64,000 bases of DNA. Origin: Rhynchopus sp. YZ270_cl-10 (Eukaryota). The stretch is taken from positions 930,001 to 994,000 of the forward strand of contig OZ037837.1 in the NCBI GenBank assembly GCA_964035575.1, given 5' to 3'. Under the pieces are notes generated by a model that ran no database searches, was not told the origin of the DNA, and saw nothing but the letters and a program-made list of their open reading frames with translations. Position numbers and translations under genes: made by a program. How positions within the stretch are numbered: the stretch's first letter is position 1; the number at the start of each line of letters is the position of its first letter. Below are positions 55,993 to 64,000 of the stretch, one piece after another.

Positions 55993-56629
55993 AGTGTCCT
56001 ATCCAGGAATCCAGATTTCAAAAAAAAGATCGGGGTCAGCTTGTTTTTTCGCCCAAAAATTCAGCACTGCTGACAAAGGAAGACATTGGGAGCTGTATTT
56101 TTTTTTGCGGAGCAAAAAAAATAAGATAAAATGGCGCCGCAGGCGAAAAAATTTCATGGTACGGTGTAAAAATCTAGCTTTTTACACCACGAGTCACTCA
56201 AAGAACCCCTTTTTGCGGAATACCGACTCGTTTTTTAGGATTCTTGACGACCGTGCTCTTCATGGTGGGGTCGCGTTGCTCTGGAGTCCCTTCGGGACCC
56301 CTCTTAGAGCCCTGTAAGGTAAGGTAAAAATTGCAAAAAATCCCGAAATTCTATAGTTTTTTTTTTTTTCCCCGGTTTTTTGTGGGATTTGGTCCCACAT
56401 ACAGACACCTATATACATCACTGCTTCAGTGTCTTATCCAGGAATCCAGATTTTAAGTTTGGGGGGGGTCAGTTTGTTTTTTTGCCCAAATTTTTTTTTC
56501 AGCACGACCAGGGAACATAGTGAACTGTATATTTTTTTTTTTTGCGGAGCAAAAAAAAACAAAAAAAAATGGCGCCGCAGGCGAAAAATTTTTTGGGTAC
56601 GGTGTAAATGTATAGCTTTTTACACCACG
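55993..56629. repeat. Two diverged ~200-bp direct repeats (55993-56190, 56428-56629)
   Basis: Shared agtgtc(c/t)tatccaggaatccagattt ... aaatggcgccgcaggcgaaaaa ... tagctttttacaccacg. Confidence 0.75.
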
Positions 56630-57753
56630 CCGAGGAAACACCTCAAACCCAGCTGAAAAAACTGACCCCCCCCCACCGGCCCAAATTTCCGGAGAAAATT
56701 TGGGGGGGGTCACTGACCCCCCCCAACCGGCCCAAAAAATACACTGGTTGGCTTTCATTTTTCCTTCAAAACTTCGCACACAACACTTTTGGTTTTTGGA
56801 AGACACACAAGGTGCCAGGTTCTGCAATATGCACGGAACCACCCTGCACCTGTTTGTCATATTGTTCCCCGTGCAATACATGGAGAAACGTTTCGCACTC
56901 AGAACTAGGGTGGCGAGGGGAAAGATTTTCGGAGCGTAGAAGAACAGAGAAGAATCGCACATGGAAAAAATGAGAAATAACAATTCCTACCGAAATAATA
57001 TTTTCATCGGGGGGTGTCTAAAATGGTCAAGGGTGATGGAAAAGGGGGGAAAGGGGGAAAAGGGAACTTTGAACACCCTCCATCATATGCAATCAATACA
57101 TTGATAGTACATGTATATGGTGAGGGATCAACACAAATGGTCCCATCTTTCTTTTTATGGCATTTGTTTTGCAAAACGTAGAACATAAAAGTAAAATGCT
57201 TCGTGCACAAGTTCCCGAAAAAAAATGAGTAACAATAATTCCCGAAATAAGAAAAGAAAAGTTTATAAGACGTTCCTAAGCCTCTCGTGCTTAGTCACCT
57301 TAATACACAAATAATAACATAATAATAATGCAAGATGAAACTGAGAGAAAGACGAAGAGAACCACAAACCCTCACAGACTAAATGGCTTAACCTGTTGTA
57401 TCGCTATAGTGTAGGGGAGAAGTGAGGAGCGCGAGAATCAAAACCCAAAAAATGAAAACCAATTTAGTGGACACACTTCTGATCCTAAGAAGGACCCCAC
57501 CCTCACCTTCCCTCACCCAAACCCCAAAGAAACGCTCTGTTGTTCACAACACCCAGCCAACCCTCTCAAATCCTCCCAATTGTTTCGTATGACTCATCCC
57601 AACAAACCCCACCTCACTCTGTCACCACCTCCCAAAAATAATAAAGAAGCACACCTCAGCACGTGCAGAGCAGCCGTCGTGCAGCTGACCACACAGTGCG
57701 AGGGGTGAAGATGCACAACAACAACTGCTGCAAAGTGAACGTTTTCTTGTTTC

Positions 57754-59331
57754 TCACTCGCGTAAGTGGTCTGGTAGCCTGCAGAGTACAGCATTGCTGC
57801 ACTTGTCCTTTCCATGCAAGGTCTTCAACGCTGGGCACCAGTTGAGGAAGGAGCCACCAATGGTAGTGACAGTTTGCAACCCACTTAGGTCAACTGCCAC
57901 CAACGATGTGCACCCGAAGATGAAAGATTCACCAATCATGATGACTCCTTGCAATCCACTTAGATCAACTGTCAACAATGATGTGCACCCGTAGAGGAAG
58001 TAGTCCCCAACCATGGTGACAGCGTGCAATCCACTCAGGTCTAGTTTCGTCAAAGCTGTGCAGCCACAAAGTACCTGGTTCCCAATCACAGTCACAGCAG
58101 ACGCATGACTGAGATCAATGCACGTCACTGCAGTACTCGAGGCGAAGCAGTCTGGAATCGCAGTCGCAGCTCCTGCCTGCAGGAGCAAGCAAGCCACCTT
58201 CGGATCAGTCACCTGATTTAACCTTTCTGATGTAAGTGTTGTCTCACCCAACGCACGAAGTGCTGCAATGGCATCCTGCTTCCTCCTCTGTGTATTGACT
58301 TGCGTTAGAACAACCCTGTGACCCCTCAACTGCACCACATTCTCTCCTGCTACAATCGCTGAACTTCCGAAACTCATGTCGAAGCAGCCTTCAAGCAACC
58401 CCACTGCAGACGCCACCTTCCGACGCAAGTCCCTGCCCGTGTCATCCACACTCACCTCAATCTCGTGTTCCACTCCATCCAACCCCTGCACAAGGACAGG
58501 CACAACAAGCGCAGACAACTGGGCAAGGGCGTCGTGCACGTTCGAAACAGGCAGCTTCAAGGAAAACGTTGCGTGTGGGTGTGCAGCACCCACAAGGCGG
58601 TGGCGGTCTCCACTCGCCGCCATGCTGTTGATGCTCCGCACAACGGCCTGCGACTCTGTGACCGCACGCAGCACCTGGTCGTCCCCAAGCTGGCACACCG
58701 CCTCGCACTCAGCAATCATGTGTCCTGCCTTCGCAACAAACGTCTTCAGCGCACACACCTCCCCTTCACGACTGAGTGCCTGTGTGAGGAAGCTCCGTGC
58801 CACCACCTCCTCGCACACGACTTCACTGCGCGACACATCCTCACGCATCACGAGGTGCTCGACGTGTGTCTGCAGGAGAAGGTCTTTGTATCTGCCCTCT
58901 GTGGGTGGGAGTGCCTCAAGCACACGGCACTTCTCCTCTGCAGCAGTCCGCTGTGTTGTCAGGTCTGACACGTGTGAGTGGAGGATGTCGCGCTCGTATT
59001 TCATGTAGTCCGTGATGACAACTGTCTTGTGTCCCGTATGTTCAAAGTGAGCACAGCACATGCAGATCAACGCGTCTCCACACGCAGGGTCTACACAGAC
59101 GACGCACCGCACTTGGTCGGGGTGTTGTGTACACTTCAACGACGCCCCGTACGCAGTCACAGAAGCGCGATGTGCCTCACGGTCACGTGGCCTTGGGTGG
59201 CAAGCGTCATAGCACGCAGGTGTGTCGCAGAAGAACAGATCCACGCACATCCCGCACTGCAGCTGTGCAGGCACGCCACAGTTCTCACAGCTCGGCATCT
59301 GTGGTGCGGTGGGCTGCGTGTCAGACCCCAT
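57754..59331 (-). CDS. B-box/B-box/coiled-coil - UBL - LRR protein (RING-less TRIM-like, ~525 aa)
   Basis: Zinc fingers CENC..CGMC..FFCD..C..CH..H and CTQH..CVVC..ICMCC..HTGH; helical region; UBL VLVQGLDGVEHEIEVSVDDTG...; 24-aa LRRs. Confidence 0.82.
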   Translation of the reverse strand: MGSDTQPTAPQMPSCENCGVPAQLQCGMCVDLFFCDTPACYDACHPRPRDREAHRASVTAYGASLKCTQHPDQVRCVVCVDPACGDALICMCCAHFEHTGHKTVVITDYMKYERDILHSHVSDLTTQRTAAEEKCRVLEALPPTEGRYKDLLLQTHVEHLVMREDVSRSEVVCEEVVARSFLTQALSREGEVCALKTFVAKAGHMIAECEAVCQLGDDQVLRAVTESQAVVRSINSMAASGDRHRLVGAAHPHATFSLKLPVSNVHDALAQLSALVVPVLVQGLDGVEHEIEVSVDDTGRDLRRKVASAVGLLEGCFDMSFGSSAIVAGENVVQLRGHRVVLTQVNTQRRKQDAIAALRALGETTLTSERLNQVTDPKVACLLLQAGAATAIPDCFASSTAVTCIDLSHASAVTVIGNQVLCGCTALTKLDLSGLHAVTMVGDYFLYGCTSLLTVDLSGLQGVIMIGESFIFGCTSLVAVDLSGLQTVTTIGGSFLNWCPALKTLHGKDKCSNAVLCRLPDHLRE

Positions 59332-59602
59332 GTTGTGTGTTTCGAAGAGGTGGGAGGGTGCAGGGGTGTCTGGAAGGGGTTGGGTGGGTGGCATGGGATG
59401 GAAACAGAGTGTGCGTTCAAGACTGCAGCACACAGGAAAGGTGAGTGAGAGGCTGGTGATCGTTATCAAGCTTCTGCACCACCCCGTTGCGGGTATGGGT
59501 GGAGCACAGTGCACACGGCGAGTTAGTATCACAATATGAGGGATGGAGAGGAAAACGTTTGTGGAGTGTAGTGGGTAGGGTTGGGCCGTTCTCGCATTAA
59601 TT

Positions 59603-59664
59603 GGTGTGGCCGACGACCCCAAAATAGCAGAAAGCACAAAATAGCACCCCCCTTCAGCCACACC
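59603..59664. mobile_element. 62-bp mini TIR element (GGTGTGGCYGA family)
   Basis: GGTGTGGCCGA...TCAGCCACACC flanked by ATT on both sides. The left part recurs at ~989-1013. Confidence 0.45.
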
Positions 59665-60394
59665 ATTATAATTTATTGTCTTGTTTTGTTTTGTTTTGTT
59701 TCTTTGTTGTCGACTACCCTTGCTAAACTACTAACGGTGCCCCCAAAATAATCGAGAGGCTCTTTGTTCGTTTGCTCAGAATACTGAACAACGGGGGGAA
59801 AGGGAAAATAAGGTTGCTTGTTGTTCGCTTTCACGATCTTTTGACTTGATTACAGTAAATATCGGAAATGCAAAAATGGTGAACCGCTGAGGGGGGGATT
59901 TTTCTCAGCATTTCAGCATTCTTTTTTACATTCCGGTTTTCACATTTAATGTGTTTTTTGCTGAAGTACAGAAAGTTGTCGTGCGCAAAGAGAGGGAGAA
60001 AACAAACCGGGGGAGGAGATACACAGGCGTACAACTTTTTTCACGAGGGTCTCGAACAGACACGATATCAACTAAAATAAGAGTAGATGAAACGTGCTAA
60101 CACGTCTCAGTCAAGCTCGTGCAAAGGGTGTTATGATAAAGTCCCACTCTCCTACACGGTTATCGTTTCCTCCTTAAACAGCTCCTCGCCCTTTGACCCT
60201 TGACCTGCTCTCAGACCATTTTCTCCGACACACCTGTCCCAAGACTGCTGCTCTCTGGTCTCTTGTTTGCCACCTTGTTGTGCACTCCCCACCCAACCCA
60301 TTGCTCTCCACGAATCCGTAGAGATATAAAACACCTGCTTGAAACCCACAGCAGTGTTCCAAACATCCAAAACTCAAAAAATGAAAATCAAATA

Positions 60395-60773
60395 CCGTAA
60401 TCGTAAGATTTCTGGGGCGTAAGTATTGTGGGACGTAAATATTCTGGGACGTAAAAAAACTGGGACATTTTGGATTTTTTAAAACTTGGGACATTTTTAC
60501 GTCCCAGAATTGTCTGTGTGACCTTCCCCCCTCCCTCACCCATGCACTTCGGTGCAAACCCAAACATGTCCAACAAACAAAAAAAAATATACATACTTGG
60601 GCCGGTTATGATCCCTCCGCCAACCAGCCGCACCCCACCACCCACACCCCCAAAAAATTGACAAGTACCCGGAAAACCGCCCGAACAATTCTGGGGCGTA
60701 ACAAAACTGGGACAATTGGGGGAAAATCTGAAACTTAGGACATTTTTACGCCCCAGAATTTTTACGATTACGG
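60395..60773. mobile_element. Tc1/mariner-type MITE, 379 bp, TA TSD
   Basis: TIRs CCGTAATCGTAAGATTTCTGGGGCGTAA...TTACGCCCCAGAATTTTTACGATTACGG flanked by TA. A paralogous empty site lies at ~57452-57475. Confidence 0.85.
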
Positions 60774-61750
60774 TATAATGGACACACTTCTGATCCTAAG
60801 AAGGACCCCACCCTCACCTTCCCTCACCCAAACCCCAAAGAAATGCTCTGTTGTTCACAACACCCAGCCAACCCTCTCAAATCCTCCCAACTGTTTCGTA
60901 TGACTCATCCCAACAAACCCCACCTCACTCTGTCACCACCTCCCAAAAATAATAAAGAAGCACACCTCAGCACAGTGCAGAGCAGCCGTCGTGCAGCTGA
61001 CCACACAGTGCGAGGGGTGAAGATGCAACAACAACAACTGCTGCAAAAGTGAACGCTTTCGTGCTTCTCACTGGCGTAAGTGGTCTGGTAGCACTCTGAG
61101 TACAGCATTGCTGCACTTGTCTTTTCCATGCAAGGTCTTCAACGCTGGGCACCCGTAGATGTGTAGGAAGGAGTGTCCAACCGTGGTGACAGCTCGCAAT
61201 CCACATACATCAACTGTCGACAATAATTTGCACCCCCAGAGGAACCCGTCCCCAATCCAGGTGACAGCTTGTAATGCACTCATGTCAACTGTGGACAATG
61301 ATGTGCACTCCACGAGGAACGAGTCCCCAATCGTGGTGACAGCTTGCAAGCCACTCAAATCAACTGTCGACAATGCTGTGCACCCGTAGAGGAACCCGCT
61401 CCCAATACTGGTGACAGCTTGTAATCCACTCAGGTCGAGTTTCGTCAAAGATGTGCAGTAACGAAGGAAGTCGTTCCCGATCACAGTCACAGCAGACGGA
61501 TGACTGAGATCAATGCACGTCACTGCAGTTCTCGATGCGAAGCAGTCTGGAATCGCAGTCGCAACTCCTGCCTGCAGGAGCAAGCAAGCCACCTTCGGAT
61601 CAGTCACCTGCTTCAACCTTTTTGCTGTAAGTGTTGTCTCACCCAATGCACCAAGTGCTGCAATAGCGTCATTCTTCGTCCTCTGTGTGTTGGTCTGCGC
61701 TACAACAACCCTGTGACCCCTCAGCTGCACCACGTCCTCTCCTTCTGCAA

Positions 61751-63498
61751 ATAAACGTTTTTAAAAATAGGATGGAGCACCCCGGTCCGAAAAGGAATGC
61801 AGCCACCCCTGGCTTCAGGCTCGCGAACCCAGCGTTGATGTAACACAGGGTTTCACGGGCCAAAACCAGAAAAAAATGAAAAATTGAGGGTTCAACGACT
61901 GCGCCAACTGGTCTCATGCGACGTTGAACCAACTTAAAATCTAGAATCTTGTGTCAACTTGTAAAGAAAAGCAATGAATATTAAAATTACCGGTTTCAGG
62001 CGTGGCGTACACGTCTGCTGCCATCTACGCTGGGATAGCCGTCCGGTTTGAACTTGGGGTTCAACAACAGTGCCAAATGGACTTATGCGTCGCTGTGTCA
62101 ACTGAAAAACAATGAAAAACAAGAATGTCGTTGAGGAAGATTGAAATGCATGAAAAACAAGAAGAACAAGGTAAAATATCTACAGAGGGTGCTGTCCTAG
62201 CTTGTCCTCTTTCGTTGTCTCGCCCACACTAAGCTTCTCAACGGCCGTGCAGGCGAGCTTTGTGGCGTTCACGTTGTTACTGCTGTCGATGTGCACCAAC
62301 GTGATGCTTCGGGTCGCTCTCAGCTTGTCAAGCTCACCCCGCGCCTCTTTCTGGAGGTGGGCGACTGCCGCGTATGGTCTGCAGTGCTCGTTCACCTGGT
62401 CAACCACGGTTCTACTGGATCCGTAGATGTTCAGTGGTGTGGTGTCTGTGTCGCTCTTCAGGTATTCGAGGCACATCAGCAGTCCTTCATACTCCGCGAC
62501 GTTCAGGGTTGTGTCCGCCAGGCGACTGCTGGCTGTCCACCGCACCTCGCCATCTATCTCGAGGCGTGCACCTGCGCCCGATCCCTGGCAAGTGTTTTTC
62601 TTCACCCTCGCCCCCGGCTGCCTCACGTTGCAGTATCCGCCGAAGAAGATGCGAGTGTGTCCGGTGGGTTTCTTTGGTTTTCGTCGAGCCTGCTTCTGCT
62701 GCTTCTGCTCAGCAGCCAAGCGGATGTGCTTCGCAATTCTGTCTGCTCTCTCCTGTTTGCAGTCCTCGTCTAGGGGTGGGAGCTCTGTGTTCGTCCAGGA
62801 TTTGTTCCCTTTGCAGAGGGTTGGCAGGGACCGGATCGTCTTGAGCACCTCAGCAGGTTCGGTGAGGATGGGTCGTCTCGTGATCGCTAGGGTTCCCCAC
62901 TTGATGCCTAGGTCTAATGGGGCGAACACTTTGCTCTTGGGGTAGATGGTGCCCGAGAAGAGGTACGCGTTTGCTGCCACTATCTTTGCCTTAGCCATCC
63001 AGTTGCTGAACCAGGTGATTTTGTCGGTGATCATGGAGCTCTCTCGGGAATTGGGTTCCTCTGTGGTGAGCTTTGCTCCTGTGTGCGCTTCGAAGTCCAG
63101 CGCCAGCTCCAGGTGCGAGACGTGCTGTGATTTCCCATTGGACACCGTCGGCCACTTTAGGCTTTCCAGCCACTCCTTGAGTGCGAGGTATCCTTCCGCT
63201 TTGTACGGCCACGCGTCTGGCACCTCGTCAGGAAGTACTCCTATGTAGGTCTCGTATGGGCCTTCTGGTTCCCATGTCCAGGGAAAATTGTCCATTTGGC
63301 TCGTCTTCGTTGTAGTGGTACCGCGTTTTCTCTTGTCCTCCCTCTCTAGGGCGATGTCTGAGTACATGAGAAGCAGCAGCTCTAGGGCTTCTCTGTTCGG
63401 CACTTCCGGAATCATCTGGAAGCCGGCGGGGAGAATGGCGTTGAGGCGCAGGCATTTCGGCCAGCTTTCTCTTACTGCTGGATCGGACACTCCTGCGT
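61751..63498 (-). mobile_element. 5'-truncated non-LTR-like retrotransposon, 1748 bp, with perfect 20-bp TSD
   Basis: CACGTCCTCTCCTTCTGCAA at 61731-61750 and 63499-63518. The ORF is open from the 5' junction and contains an RNase H-like domain. Confidence 0.85.
62180..63490 (-). CDS. C-terminal part of a retroelement ORF with archaeal/Actinobacterial-type RNase HI-like domain (catalytic residues substituted)
   Basis: RIFFGG...GSGAGA...TTLNVAEYEGLL...LNIYGSSRTVVDQVN...LVHIDSSNNVNATKLA aligns by eye to the RNase HI consensus FDG..GAG..TNN.AEY..GDS.LV..Q..HI....N..AD.LA. Confidence 0.75.
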   Translation of the reverse strand: MSDPAVRESWPKCLRLNAILPAGFQMIPEVPNREALELLLLMYSDIALEREDKRKRGTTTTKTSQMDNFPWTWEPEGPYETYIGVLPDEVPDAWPYKAEGYLALKEWLESLKWPTVSNGKSQHVSHLELALDFEAHTGAKLTTEEPNSRESSMITDKITWFSNWMAKAKIVAANAYLFSGTIYPKSKVFAPLDLGIKWGTLAITRRPILTEPAEVLKTIRSLPTLCKGNKSWTNTELPPLDEDCKQERADRIAKHIRLAAEQKQQKQARRKPKKPTGHTRIFFGGYCNVRQPGARVKKNTCQGSGAGARLEIDGEVRWTASSRLADTTLNVAEYEGLLMCLEYLKSDTDTTPLNIYGSSRTVVDQVNEHCRPYAAVAHLQKEARGELDKLRATRSITLVHIDSSNNVNATKLACTAVEKLSVGETTKEDKLGQHPL

Positions 63499-64000
63499 CA
63501 CGTCCTCTCCTTCTGCAATCACTTCATCTCCGAAAGTCATGTCGAAGCCGTCTTCAGGCAACCCCACTGCAGACGCCACCTTCCGAAGCAAGTTCCTGCC
63601 CGTGTCATCCACACTCACCTCAATCTCGTGTTCCACTCCATCCAACCCCTGCACAAGGACAGGCACAACAAGTGCAGACATCTGGGCAAGGGCGTCGTGC
63701 ACGTTCGAAACAGGCAGATTCAGGGAAAACGTTGCGTGTGGGTGTGCAGCACCCACAAGGCGGTGGCGGTCTCCACTCGCTGCCATGCTGTTGATGTTCC
63801 GCACGACTGCCTGCGACTCTGTGACCGCACGCAGCACCTGGCCGTCCCCAAGCTGGCACACCGCCCCGCACTCAGCAATCATGTGTCCTGCCTTCGCAAC
63901 AAACGTCTTCAGCGCACACACCTCCCCTTCACGACTGAGTGCCTGTGTGAGGAAGCTCCGTGCCACCACCTCCTCACACACGATTTCACTGCGCGACACA

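Larger units (their letters stand above)
61068..64000 (-). pseudogene. Second (B-box/CC)-UBL-LRR paralogue, interrupted by a retroelement; 5' part lies beyond the window
   Basis: 63499-64000 matches 58345-58838, and 61068-61750 encodes the LRRs. The 3' flank 60779-61155 duplicates 57468-57838. Confidence 0.85.

Overview
This is eukaryotic DNA from a repeat-rich protist genome. Every credible protein-coding gene in the 64 kb lies on the minus strand, and at least two have short GT-AG introns. That combination suggests a euglenozoan such as a diplonemid (inference only). The window reads as a candidate innate-immunity or conflict gene cluster. (i) Two paralogous NLR-like STAND proteins have the architecture myristoylation motif - ankyrin - R-S-E ADP-ribosyltransferase - NACHT - pentapeptide - 14 WD40. 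They are almost identical up to a sharp breakpoint and strongly diverged across the WD40 region. (ii) A ~2660-aa protein combines a D/D-like domain, a WWE-like motif, an ART, LRR, ankyrin, a second degenerate ART and a possible circularly permuted PARG-like macrodomain. (iii) A family of ubiquitin-like-domain proteins is fused to variable repeats (UBL-LRR, UBL-beta-propeller, B-box/coiled-coil-UBL-LRR), several copies frameshifted, truncated or disrupted. (iv) A discoidin/Pro-Thr-stalk/multi-TM surface protein is also present. Intergenic DNA holds nested MITEs, G-rich satellites apparently expanded from transposon-end motifs, a 54-bp minisatellite, a poly(A) SINE-like element and an eEF2 pseudogene fragment. 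A 5'-truncated retroelement with a 20-bp TSD carries a degenerate archaeal-type RNase H. Domain calls come from motif recognition by eye; no searches were run.
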